Source of the DNA: a virus
Lineage: Duplodnaviria; Caudoviricetes
IMG/VR virus record: IMGVR_UViG_3300025392_000002
DNA: 64,000 nt
Strand: one strand, 5' to 3'
Position numbers and translations under genes: made by a program. Below the pieces are notes generated by a model. The model did no database searches. It was not told the origin of the DNA and worked only from the letters and a program-made list of their open reading frames with translations. Below, piece after piece: positions 1-9,466 of the stretch (position 1 is the first letter of the stretch; each line of letters opens with the position of its first letter).

Positions 1-23
1 ACAAGCACGTAAGGATAAAAACA

Positions 24-896
24 ATGACAATACTATATAATGTTTGGTTGGACCGTGTTAAATTTACCTACAGATTGGAGGAACATCGTGTGGCCCGTGT
101 GTGGGCTGACATTATGAAGCCTTTAAGTGTGACCAGCTTGTACAAAGGTGCTGATCCGTGGCACGGCAGACCCGAAGATCTAAAAAAACGCAGTACCGAG
201 CTTAACTTTTTGATAGATGCAATCAACACATGGATTCCTGAAAAAATTCCTGGTCATTTTGATGCAAGTGATGCACAGGCCAGTTTGAATCTTCTACATA
301 TAAATTTTCCACAGCAACACTATAAAGAAACTGATCCTGAAAAACTTTCTCAGTTGAGATACTACAATCACTTGCTACATCAACTTGAACAGTGCTTGTC
401 CAGTATCAACAATCCTGTGGAAGATATTTCAATCATAGCAAGTCCTGATATTCCATCACGGTTAGTGCCGTTAGAAGAGGAGGATTATAAATTGTTTAAA
501 AAGACATTTTTGTTTGGCGACTTGCTGTTGCACTATCCGCATGTGGGCCGACATCCTTATGAATTAGCCAGTCGCAAAGACGTGGATTGTCCTGCTGATC
601 AAATTATATGTCAAGACACTATTACAGAAAGTCACAGTATGCGATTTGGTCCCAGTCATATGAGTGATGAAGAATTTAACGAATTTTATCGTACCAGCGG
701 TATCACTTGGCCCTACAGCATTGATGATCCAAGACTGGCTGTGGGCTATATCAAATTAGGCACTCTATTGGCAGTGAACTATGAACGGCCACTCAAACAA
801 CAGGTTAGACAAATAGTCAAGGCATCAACAAAAATTACAAATTGGCAAATATTTGACCAAAACCAAGAGGCAGAGGACCAGACAAACACTAACTAG
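24..896 (+). CDS. hypothetical phage protein
   Basis: 290-aa ORF with AAGGA SD upstream; no family recognised. Confidence 0.7.
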   Translation: MTILYNVWLDRVKFTYRLEEHRVARVWADIMKPLSVTSLYKGADPWHGRPEDLKKRSTELNFLIDAINTWIPEKIPGHFDASDAQASLNLLHINFPQQHYKETDPEKLSQLRYYNHLLHQLEQCLSSINNPVEDISIIASPDIPSRLVPLEEEDYKLFKKTFLFGDLLLHYPHVGRHPYELASRKDVDCPADQIICQDTITESHSMRFGPSHMSDEEFNEFYRTSGITWPYSIDDPRLAVGYIKLGTLLAVNYERPLKQQVRQIVKASTKITNWQIFDQNQEAEDQTNTN

Positions 897-899
897 TGT

Positions 900-1325
900 A
901 TGTCTTGGTACTATGAAAATCAATTAATAGAAGAATTGCCCGAGGATTGTGTTGGATTTGTTTATCTAATTACAAATACAATTACAGGGCGTATGTACAT
1001 AGGCAAAAAACTAGCTAAATTTTCTAAAACTACCTACAAAGTAGTCAAGTTAAAAAACGGCACAAAGAAAAAAAAGAAAATCCGTGGTAAAATTGACTCA
1101 GACTGGCGTACCTATTATGGTAGCTCACCAGAACTGACCAAGGATATCACGCAGTTAGGTCAAGAAAACTTTCGCAGGGAAATACTTTTTTACTGTAAAT
1201 CCAAGGCAGAAACGTCATATATAGAGGCTCGTGAACAATTCAGCCGTCGTGTGCTGGAATCAAATGACTATTATAATGGTCATATTCAAGTGCGTGTACA
1301 CGGTTCACATATACTCAAATCATAA
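900..1325 (+). CDS. GIY-YIG endonuclease (T4 endonuclease II/DenA-like)
   Basis: GFVYLITN...MYIGKK motif, YYGSS, conserved E and C-terminal YYN. Confidence 0.85.
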   Translation: MSWYYENQLIEELPEDCVGFVYLITNTITGRMYIGKKLAKFSKTTYKVVKLKNGTKKKKKIRGKIDSDWRTYYGSSPELTKDITQLGQENFRREILFYCKSKAETSYIEAREQFSRRVLESNDYYNGHIQVRVHGSHILKS

Positions 1326-1329
1326 TAAT

Positions 1330-1795
1330 TTAGGCAGATAAAACACCAAATAAGCCTGCACTGGCGTTGTTAAAGTGCCCTTAAAGCTGGACCACGGGTC
1401 GCAGTCAATGGAATTCCTGCTTGGTGTCAGGGTTGTCAACTACTATCCTTAACAGGACGATGATGGAATATGCCTATAGAATCCGTTTAATTGACAAGGA
1501 AACTAATTTTTCAAGGCTAAAAGAGGGGTTGTAGCCCCACGTTTGTACTAATGTTAGCGTATTAGTGCAAGCCGCCGTCATATAAAGACAGCATGAGCAG
1601 GTACCGGATGACCGCCTGTGTTCTAGTGCTAACGCTAAGTGATATTGTTCGACTCAGATAATGTCCAAAATACTTTGCCCGCCAGGGCAAAGTGTGACTG
1701 AACGATCTAGATAATATATCTTAACGCTTCGCGTTTTATAATAACTACTAAAGTTCGAGCGAAAGCGATGAACAGAAGAACGCTAGTTCTTCTTT
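1330..1795 (+). ncRNA. candidate large structured non-coding RNA (or structured cis element)
   Basis: No ORF in the track over ~500 nt; >10 stems incl. 1541-1552/1561-1572 with G-U pairs, TACTTTGCCC-GCCA-GGGCAAAGTG, AGAAGAAC-GCTA-GTTCTTCT; two 7-nt long-range complementarities. Confidence 0.55.
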
Positions 1796-1835
1796 AAGTA
1801 CTAGATAAATATCATATCATGAGTAAACCACAAAT

Positions 1836-3293
1836 ATGAAAGTCGTAGAAATTATTAGTCTAAATGAATCTGATCCTAAAAAAGCTGTAGGTCTAGGTGA
1901 TAAAATAGCTAACTGGGCTCTTAGAAAAATTACGGGTGCAGGTACAGGTGCCGCCGCGGCAGAATTTATAAAAGCTAAAGATAAAGCTGTTTCGGCTCTT
2001 GTAAAAGCCATGGAAGAAAAAGCGGCCGCAGTAAAGCCTACAAATAAAATTATTGGAAAAGATGCCCATGAATTAACTGATACCGAAATAAACAATATTG
2101 TAGGCGAGGCTCTTGGAGATCTAGTTAGACTACCTGGTGATGTTTTTGTAAAAAAAGGTAGCCCTGATCATCTAGTACCTGTAGAATTTACTGTAAACGT
2201 GCCGAACAAGACACCGAGAAAAGTTCGTCGCCCTGGTGATCCTCCTCCGCCTCCTTCCACAACAACTAAAACTGAAGTACGTATGGTTCCTTGGACTGAA
2301 GCGCCAGCTGATGTGCAAGCAAAAATACGTCAAGAAATGGAATCTAGTAATTGGGTTACACAGAATCCTGCCGAGTATGAAAAAGTAAAAAAACAAGCAC
2401 TTGCTCAAGCAGAGGAACAGTACGATAAAGCAAATTTAGCTACTACTACTGGAGAAGCTGAAAGAAGATTTGACAAGATCAAAGACAAAGCATTAATGAC
2501 AAAAAGTTTTGGAGATTTTGTTGCCAAGTGGGGATTTGATGGATATGTATTATGGAATTGTTTTTGGCCTCCGTATTCACGTTTTCAAGATAAACTTGAA
2601 CAACTAAGAAATGATTTAAGTCAAAATAAGGCTAATGGACAAACTGTTTCAAAAGACATAGCAGAAAAATATTATCTAAATGCCTATGAAGCAGAAAAGA
2701 AAGTAATGATTGCAGAAGTAATACAGCTACTAGTAGTACAATTTGCAACAAAAATTCCTGCATCTGAAAAAGGCACATTTGGAGTTAGTCCTCTCAATGG
2801 AGCCACATGGACAACAATTACTCATTTATTTTTACCGTTCCTACGATTGGCTGAAGCCGATACTAAACAAAAAACAAATATAATTATAAAAGCAATTAAT
2901 AATCCTGTTACACGAGTAGCAATGATCAGTCTAGTGAATTGGTTACAAGTTTCGGAAGGCCTTGGGGCGGCAATGGTTAATTATGTTTTGTTTACTATTC
3001 CTTTACCTCCGGGAGTTCCTAATATAGAAGTTAAACCTGGAAATTGGGTCACTTCTAAGATTAGTAGTATGATACCAGATCTAGACAGCAAGGCTAAAGA
3101 GCTTCTAGCAAAAGAAGAAGCAGATAAAAAGAAGAAAGATGCAGAAACACCTGCACCGCAATCTGAACAGCCTCCGGTACAACAGCCAGTACAACAGCCA
3201 GAGCAACCAGTACAACAACCTAATAGTACTCCATCTACAACTACCCAACCGGGTAGTCGAATCGACAGACTAGACAGCAAGTACGGAAGTTAA
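1836..3293 (+). CDS. hypothetical late protein, possibly virion-internal
   Basis: 485-aa ORF, late box TAAATA at 1806-1811, N-terminal MKVVEII, Pro/Gln-rich C-tail. Confidence 0.65.
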   Translation: MKVVEIISLNESDPKKAVGLGDKIANWALRKITGAGTGAAAAEFIKAKDKAVSALVKAMEEKAAAVKPTNKIIGKDAHELTDTEINNIVGEALGDLVRLPGDVFVKKGSPDHLVPVEFTVNVPNKTPRKVRRPGDPPPPPSTTTKTEVRMVPWTEAPADVQAKIRQEMESSNWVTQNPAEYEKVKKQALAQAEEQYDKANLATTTGEAERRFDKIKDKALMTKSFGDFVAKWGFDGYVLWNCFWPPYSRFQDKLEQLRNDLSQNKANGQTVSKDIAEKYYLNAYEAEKKVMIAEVIQLLVVQFATKIPASEKGTFGVSPLNGATWTTITHLFLPFLRLAEADTKQKTNIIIKAINNPVTRVAMISLVNWLQVSEGLGAAMVNYVLFTIPLPPGVPNIEVKPGNWVTSKISSMIPDLDSKAKELLAKEEADKKKKDAETPAPQSEQPPVQQPVQQPEQPVQQPNSTPSTTTQPGSRIDRLDSKYGS

Positions 3294-3523
3294 AGTAGTG
3301 GTAGTTGGGTGTTTTTAGTAGTTTCAATATTTTCTTTAATAATCTGAAAGAAAATTTCTCGATCCTCATAGCTATAACGATCTAGTAAATCGTTAATCGA
3401 TACACCTCCACGCATGTACCAGCCAATTTTGTAAAGTTCTAATTTAAATTCTTTGCTTTCTTCTTCTAGCCTAATTAGATCCTGTTGGATATCCTCGGAG
3501 CTTTTTCCAATTAGGCTTAGACG
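3290..3523 (-). CDS. gp51-like tail/baseplate assembly segment, probably expressed as a -1 frameshift extension of the upstream gene (absent from ORF track)
   Basis: Open 77-codon -1 frame RLSLIGKSSEDIQQDLIRLEEESKEFKLELYKIGWYMRGGVSINDLL...ENIETTKNTQLPLL; only ATG is internal (3415). Confidence 0.7.
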   Translation of the reverse strand, partial: RLSLIGKSSEDIQQDLIRLEEESKEFKLELYKIGWYMRGGVSINDLLDRYSYEDREIFFQIIKENIETTKNTQLPLL

Positions 3524-4335
3524 AAAAAATTAGACTGATCCAAATCTATCGATAATTCTGCTTTATGCTGGCAAGCCCCGCAAGTTACCGGATATAATGG
3601 AGCTCTCCACTTTAATAAATTTTCTTCAATCTTTTTATTGATTTTTTCAAATATAATTCTATCGCAATTATCTAACCATTCGTTAATATATTGTTTTTCG
3701 GTAACTACTTGTCCGCTTACTTCAACACTGTCGACACAACTATGATAAACTTCAAGTTGTATTTCGCTAAGTTCTTTCCATAACAAATTCATCTGTTGGT
3801 TTTTTTCGTCGCCGTCGTCCATTTTTTCAATTTGAAAAAGTTTTTGTTGAATTTGAAAATTCTTCAGTGCAAAATCTGTTTTCTTTTTGTAATTTAAAGG
3901 CTGTATTTTAACAGACAATTCGTCTAATACTATATTAGTATCAAATTCTAAATTTGTAAAATGATTAATTAGTATACCTAAATCAACATCATATTTGTTA
4001 GGTTCATCGCACTCTGTACATGTATGTTCTATTTCTATAGTGTTGCCGTAAGTTGCTATTCTTATTGCGGCAAAAATTATTTCAGAATCTAACGATGATA
4101 AATCCCATGCATTTTTAATATTAGGACAGCAACTTTCGATAATTTTAACACTACTTTCACCACTTAATAGTGCATCAGGAGTTTTTGCCATAAGTTCATC
4201 CATACCAGTCATGCCATATACTGCAATTTTACTAGGATCTCCTTGTATAGTTCCGGTCTGACAATAAGCACCTTTACTGGGCAAACTAATATAAATTTTG
4301 GGTTGTCTGAAAAACTGTTGTAGAGGATTTGCCAT
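3517..4335 (-). CDS. baseplate hub/tail assembly chaperone (T4 gp26-like)
   Basis: MANPL..FRQPKIYI.LPS N-terminus, two CxxC pairs, ends NFFV; next to tape measure gene. Confidence 0.75.
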   Translation of the reverse strand: MANPLQQFFRQPKIYISLPSKGAYCQTGTIQGDPSKIAVYGMTGMDELMAKTPDALLSGESSVKIIESCCPNIKNAWDLSSLDSEIIFAAIRIATYGNTIEIEHTCTECDEPNKYDVDLGILINHFTNLEFDTNIVLDELSVKIQPLNYKKKTDFALKNFQIQQKLFQIEKMDDGDEKNQQMNLLWKELSEIQLEVYHSCVDSVEVSGQVVTEKQYINEWLDNCDRIIFEKINKKIEENLLKWRAPLYPVTCGACQHKAELSIDLDQSNFFV

Positions 4336-4348
4336 ATTTTACTCCTGA

Positions 4349-4373
4349 TAAATATATGTAGTGTGTATTTATA
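4349..4373. promoter_or_regulatory. face-to-face pair of T4-type late promoters
   Basis: TAAATA + strand 4349-4354 (tape measure) and TATAAATA - strand 4366-4373 (gp26-like). Confidence 0.65.
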
Positions 4374-4398
4374 TACGCATATTTCTTAGGATTTTTAA

Positions 4399-6369
4399 AT
4401 GGCTAGTGAAAATGTAACCGTTACGATAGATTCTGTAGTAATCGGTAAACAAATTGCCGAAGCATTAACAAGCTGGCTTGGAAAACAATCGGGTACTTTA
4501 AAAGCGGGTGGCACAGATGTTGCAGGTCTTACCGCGGCAGCAATTCCCGCGGCTACAGCCATAGGCGGTATGAAAGATCAAAGTAATGCGGCAACTGCAT
4601 CTTTGACAAGATTTGCAGGTGTAATTCCTTACGCAGGCACAGCATTTGCTGGCCTTATTCAAGATATAGATACTGCAAGAGCGCAAACTAATAAAAATTT
4701 CCAACAAGGTATCGGCGGTTTAAGTTTATTTGACACAGCAGAAAAAGCTGCCAAGGCTGGATTTAACAGCCAGGAACAATATAGAGAAGCACTGACAAGA
4801 TCAGGCGGAGCACTAGGTGGCATAAACAATGCAATAGGTCAAACTAGTAACGATATTTTAAGATTTGGAGAAAAGGTAAGAAATAACGATCTAGATCAGA
4901 ACCAAAAGAGCTTGCTAAAAAGCAATGCCATGCTGGGAGATGAGTTGGGTAGAGTTGCAGTTTTAAGCCAATACGGACGTAGAGACAAATTATCAGAAGG
5001 CGACGCAACTAATCGTGCAGTGGAAGCTACTGACAAATTAAGTAGAGAAATTTTAAGACAAGCTGGAGTAACTGGTAAAAGTACCACAGCTATAGAAGCA
5101 GAATTAGAAGAACGTCTACAGCAACCAGCGGTATTAGCCAATATGCGCCAAATGACAGAGAAACAACGTGAAAGTTTCATGTCAAATCAAGTAGCGTTAA
5201 GTGGTATGGGTAAGAATGTTTCTGATTTAAGTGCCACACTCGGTATAAATGGTCGTCTAAGTGAAACACAACGTTATCAGTTACTAGCCATGGGTCCAGC
5301 CGCAAGTGAATTTCAACGTGCAAGTCGTATGGCTGCCTTGGCAAAAACTGATGAACAAAAACAAATGGCTGCAGATGCCATGGCAAGAGCACAGGCCAAA
5401 GCCAATGATTATCAAAATAGTCCTCAGTTTGCCAATGCATTGAAAAATCTAGCTGAAGGTGATCCACGTAGACAGGCCATGGAAGCACAAATGAGGCAAA
5501 ATTTAACTGCGGCTCCACAAGCAGCCGCACAGAGAGACACTGGATTGTCAGGAGTAAGTGCTAATAAACTTGCCAGAGATGAAATTGATAGAACAATAGC
5601 TGGTAAAAAACTAGTGGGCGGCAAAGAAGTAGAAGATACTGGGCAAACTATGGCACGTATGTCCGCAGAAGGCAATTTAAGAGCGCAGGCAAATACACAA
5701 GGTATGATTGGAGCACTAAATGACCTTGGTAAACAAATGGATAAGAACGGTGCATTTGCTAAAAAATATGGAGAAATGTTAGATTTCTTATACGGTAAAG
5801 AAACAACTGCCGCGGCTGCACAAGAAAGAAATGCAAAATTTATACAAGATGTTGCTAAAGCAGTTAATACTGTTGCTAACACTGCCAGTGGTAATAACAG
5901 TAATACTCCTAATGGTCAACGAGAAACTCCAGGAGTTCCTCCATATGTGCCGGGACAAACTCGTCCTCGTGTCGAAGGAGGTTCTCACGCAAGTGGAACT
6001 AAAGAATCTTTTGGTGATTGGTTTGGCAAAGACTTTGGCGGCGGTATGCTAGCAGAATTACACGGTCCTGAAGCAGTAGTTCCACAAGCTAAAATTGGCG
6101 AGTTTATGAAAGACATGATGTCTGGTATTAGTAAATCAAAAGCACAAGGCGCACAAACTGATTTACCCAATATGACAAACATGGGCAATACCGGTACTAG
6201 CGGTAGTGGAAATAGCGATAATGTAACTCTAAAAGACGTGTTAGCCAGTCTACAACAGTTAAATAAGACTATGGGACAAGTAGCTTCGCATTCAGAGTCA
6301 ACTGCTGAAGCAAGTCATAAAACAGCTAGATTAGCTGGCAAGGCTACTGGTAATAGAGTAGCGGTTTAA
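4399..6369 (+). CDS. tail tape measure / baseplate hub protein
   Basis: Ala/Gln-rich helical 656 aa with C-terminal ELHGPEAVVP motif; directly upstream of portal. Confidence 0.7.
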   Translation: MASENVTVTIDSVVIGKQIAEALTSWLGKQSGTLKAGGTDVAGLTAAAIPAATAIGGMKDQSNAATASLTRFAGVIPYAGTAFAGLIQDIDTARAQTNKNFQQGIGGLSLFDTAEKAAKAGFNSQEQYREALTRSGGALGGINNAIGQTSNDILRFGEKVRNNDLDQNQKSLLKSNAMLGDELGRVAVLSQYGRRDKLSEGDATNRAVEATDKLSREILRQAGVTGKSTTAIEAELEERLQQPAVLANMRQMTEKQRESFMSNQVALSGMGKNVSDLSATLGINGRLSETQRYQLLAMGPAASEFQRASRMAALAKTDEQKQMAADAMARAQAKANDYQNSPQFANALKNLAEGDPRRQAMEAQMRQNLTAAPQAAAQRDTGLSGVSANKLARDEIDRTIAGKKLVGGKEVEDTGQTMARMSAEGNLRAQANTQGMIGALNDLGKQMDKNGAFAKKYGEMLDFLYGKETTAAAAQERNAKFIQDVAKAVNTVANTASGNNSNTPNGQRETPGVPPYVPGQTRPRVEGGSHASGTKESFGDWFGKDFGGGMLAELHGPEAVVPQAKIGEFMKDMMSGISKSKAQGAQTDLPNMTNMGNTGTSGSGNSDNVTLKDVLASLQQLNKTMGQVASHSESTAEASHKTARLAGKATGNRVAV

Positions 6370-6380
6370 GGATAAAACGA

Positions 6381-8123
6381 ATGAGTTGGAAAAAATATTT
6401 CACACCTGTGCCGGTTAATGGCGAAGTCTTAAGCCCAATCAGCGGAATGAATTCCGGAAATCGCCCAGGCCCAGCTCGTACAAACTACAGTAGTTACTTG
6501 CCAGATGTTTATACTGGTAGTCCAAATCGTGTAGAACGTTATCAGCAGTATGAAGTTATGGACAGCGATCCAGAAGTTAATGCGGCATTAGATATTCTAG
6601 CAGAGTTCTGCACACAAAAACTAAAAGACAATAACAATCCGTTTGCAGTCAAATGGCGCCACAAGGCAACTAATAGCGAAATCCGTATTCTCAGTGAGTA
6701 CTTACAGCAGTGGAACAAGTTACAAAACTTTGATATTCGTATTTTCCGTATTGTTCGCAATACATTCAAGTATGGCGATAGCTTTTTCATCCGTGATCCA
6801 GAAAATCAAAAGTGGAGTTATGTAGATCCTAGTAATTTAGTCAAGGTTATTGTAAACGAAAGCGAAGGCAAAAAGCCTGAACAGTACATTCTTAAAGATC
6901 TAGCACCTAATTTTGAAAATTTAGTTGCTACAATGATTACTCCTAACATTAATCCTAAGCAAACTGGTGGTGGTCCACTACCTGCCAGCGGATATTTAGG
7001 TAGCAGTGGCAGTCGCGGTAGTACAAGTAGCGGCGGCGGAAGTGGTAGCGGTAGTCGCTTTGGTATGCAACACAAAGAAAATGCTATCGATGCCAAGCAT
7101 ATTGTACACTTATCCTTGTCAGAAGGATTGGATAATAACTATCCGTTTGGCAATAGCTTGCTAGAAAATGTTTATAAAGTGTATAAACAGAAAGAATTAT
7201 TAGAAGATGCTATCTTAATCTATCGTATACAACGTGCTCCAGAGCGCAGAGTATTCCATATTGACGTAGGAAACATGCCAAGTCACTTGGCTATGGCATT
7301 CGTAGAGCGTGTTAAGAATGAAATCCATCAAAGACGTATACCAAGTCAAACTGGTGGTGGACAAAACGTTATTGATAGTGCATACAATCCACTATCAATT
7401 AACGAAGATTACTTCTTTCCTAAAACAGCAGACGGTAAAGGTTCAGATGTTACCATGCTTGAAGGCGGTAAGAACATTGGTGAAATTGACGACTTAAAGT
7501 ATTTTACTAATAAATTATTCCGTGGTTTACGTATTCCTAGTAGCTATTTGCCTACAGGACAAGATGATAGCCAGTCAAACTTCAACGACGGCCGTGTCGG
7601 AACTGCTTATATTCAAGAATTACGCTTTAACAAGTACTGCGAACGCTTACAAAGTCTAATGACTGCGGTGTTTGATGCTGAGTTTAAGATGTTTATGCAC
7701 AGCAAAGGCATGAATATTGACAGCAACTTGTTTGAATTATCCTTTAATCCACCATTAAACTTCGCCAGTAGCAAGCAAGCGGCTATCGATGCCGAGCGTA
7801 TCAACACATTTAATACCATTCAAGCAATACCTTTTGTGTCAAAACGCTTTGCTCTCAAGCGTTTCTTAGGTCTAACAGCAGAAGAGATTGCAGAAAATGA
7901 ACGCATGTGGGCAGACGAAAATGGTAAAGGTGAGCCAACTGCTACTGATGCCGCTGGAGAATTACGTAGTGCAGGCTTATCTGCTAGCGGAATTGAAGGC
8001 GACCTAGGCGCAGCCGCTGATATGACTGCACCAGAAGACATGCAAGAGCCAGGATCAGAAGGCATGAGTCCTACTGGCGCTCCTACACAACCTGGGGCAC
8101 CTCCTCCGCCCCCTGCCGCATAA
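6381..8123 (+). CDS. gp20: portal vertex protein (T4 gp20-like)
   Basis: LEDAILIYRIQRAPERRVFHIDVGNMP, EDYFFP, YFTNKLFRGLRIPSS motifs. Confidence 0.95.
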   Translation: MSWKKYFTPVPVNGEVLSPISGMNSGNRPGPARTNYSSYLPDVYTGSPNRVERYQQYEVMDSDPEVNAALDILAEFCTQKLKDNNNPFAVKWRHKATNSEIRILSEYLQQWNKLQNFDIRIFRIVRNTFKYGDSFFIRDPENQKWSYVDPSNLVKVIVNESEGKKPEQYILKDLAPNFENLVATMITPNINPKQTGGGPLPASGYLGSSGSRGSTSSGGGSGSGSRFGMQHKENAIDAKHIVHLSLSEGLDNNYPFGNSLLENVYKVYKQKELLEDAILIYRIQRAPERRVFHIDVGNMPSHLAMAFVERVKNEIHQRRIPSQTGGGQNVIDSAYNPLSINEDYFFPKTADGKGSDVTMLEGGKNIGEIDDLKYFTNKLFRGLRIPSSYLPTGQDDSQSNFNDGRVGTAYIQELRFNKYCERLQSLMTAVFDAEFKMFMHSKGMNIDSNLFELSFNPPLNFASSKQAAIDAERINTFNTIQAIPFVSKRFALKRFLGLTAEEIAENERMWADENGKGEPTATDAAGELRSAGLSASGIEGDLGAAADMTAPEDMQEPGSEGMSPTGAPTQPGAPPPPPAA

Positions 8124-8130
8124 ATATAAT

Positions 8131-8373
8131 ATGATCCTAAGAGAATTGTTTTACATTGATCCTGATACTAGGCATATAGCCAACGATTTGCGCTATGAGC
8201 CCAAGCGTGACGATACAATCATGCATAGAGATGACACACGTAAGACAAGATTAACTCTTAGACAACTGAACGAACTTAGAAAAAGCAGTGAAGCACACAT
8301 ACTAGAACAGGAAAGTGAATTAGAATTTATTCATTCAATGTATGCCGCACCGCCAGCCGCACCAGCCGCTTAA
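8131..8373 (+). CDS. small head-region protein
   Basis: 80-aa ORF between portal and prohead core, DTRKTRLTL motif, late box directly upstream. Confidence 0.75.
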   Translation: MILRELFYIDPDTRHIANDLRYEPKRDDTIMHRDDTRKTRLTLRQLNELRKSSEAHILEQESELEFIHSMYAAPPAAPAA

Positions 8374-8376
8374 TAA

Positions 8377-8400
8377 AAATCAGTCAAAACTGACTGATTT
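8377..8400 (+). terminator. stem-loop, possible terminator or processing site
   Basis: AAATCAGTCA-AAAC-TGACTGATTT perfect 10-bp stem after stop codon. Confidence 0.5.
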
Positions 8401-8481
8401 CCACCTATATCTATACACTTTTTGTAATAAAGTGTAAATATATTACAGCCTTGTATCAATACAACCACAGGAGAATTTAAC

Positions 8482-9444
8482 ATGACTGACCGCGCTCAAT
8501 TTGAAGCCATGCTTGAAGCTTTGATCAATGACGATCAACAAGCAGCCAAAGAAATATTTCACAACATCGTAGTAGGTAAATCACGTGAGATTTACGAAGA
8601 ACTACTAGCAGAAGATTTTAGCCGTGACACTGGTAATCCATACTCAGCACAATCTGAAAGTATGGAAGAAGAAGGTGTAGAGGAAGACATGGAAGAAGAA
8701 GAATCCATGGAAGAAGAAGGCGCTGAAGAAGAAGAAGGCGCTGAAGAAGAAGAAGAAAAAGACAGCGAAGAAGATGATGCTGAAGATGAGCCAGAAGATG
8801 ATGGCGAAGAAGATCCATTTGCTAGCGACGAAGAAGGTGATGAAGCTGATGGCGACATCGAAGATCGTGTAATGGATTTAGAAGATGCTTTAGAAGATCT
8901 AAAAGCAGAATTTGAACAATTATTGTCACAAGAAGACGAAGAAGGTCATCACGATATGGATGCAATCCATGGTGCAGGCGATGACATGGGAATGGATGCA
9001 GAAGTAGACGAATTTAGTTTACCAGGTGCCGACACAAATTCAGCAATGTTTGAATATGTTGACAAAGTAAGTCCACCAAAGCATGGTGACAACGGAGTTC
9101 AAACACGTTCAACTGTAGCTGGCAAGAACAATATGGGTGGTACAGCCGCTAATATTGCTCAGAACCATGTAGAAGTACACGGTGATGCTGGAACTAAAGC
9201 TGGTGGAACTAAAGGCGGTTTGCTAAAGCCAACAACAGCTGACTTAACAGCAGGACTAGGAGAAATCCATAATCGTCCAGGTAAGACAGATGCTGGTAAG
9301 AAAGGTTTTAAGAAAACAGTAGCTGGCGGTGGAATTGATCGTCAAGCTGGTTTCAACAAGCCAGGCAAGCAAGTTGGTGCAACAGACTCAAGCGGTAAAG
9401 GCGAAAGCAATACCCAGAGTACATTGCGTCCACTAAAGAAGTAA
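8482..9444 (+). CDS. acidic prohead core protein (gp67/68-like position)
   Basis: Extremely Glu/Asp-rich, AGGAGA SD, late box 8435-8440, between portal and protease. Confidence 0.65.
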   Translation: MTDRAQFEAMLEALINDDQQAAKEIFHNIVVGKSREIYEELLAEDFSRDTGNPYSAQSESMEEEGVEEDMEEEESMEEEGAEEEEGAEEEEEKDSEEDDAEDEPEDDGEEDPFASDEEGDEADGDIEDRVMDLEDALEDLKAEFEQLLSQEDEEGHHDMDAIHGAGDDMGMDAEVDEFSLPGADTNSAMFEYVDKVSPPKHGDNGVQTRSTVAGKNNMGGTAANIAQNHVEVHGDAGTKAGGTKGGLLKPTTADLTAGLGEIHNRPGKTDAGKKGFKKTVAGGGIDRQAGFNKPGKQVGATDSSGKGESNTQSTLRPLKK

Positions 9445-9466
9445 TATAAAGAGTACATACTAATAT

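Noticed and set aside
1330-1795. Group I intron carrying the GIY-YIG gene as a homing endonuclease
   Set aside because: No convincing P7/R-S core, and the flanking ORFs are complete with their own starts and stops; no split exon seen
8667-8790. GAAGAAGAAGGCGCT tandem repeats as a repeat array
   Set aside because: Simply encode the poly-Glu tract of the acidic core protein; no spacers
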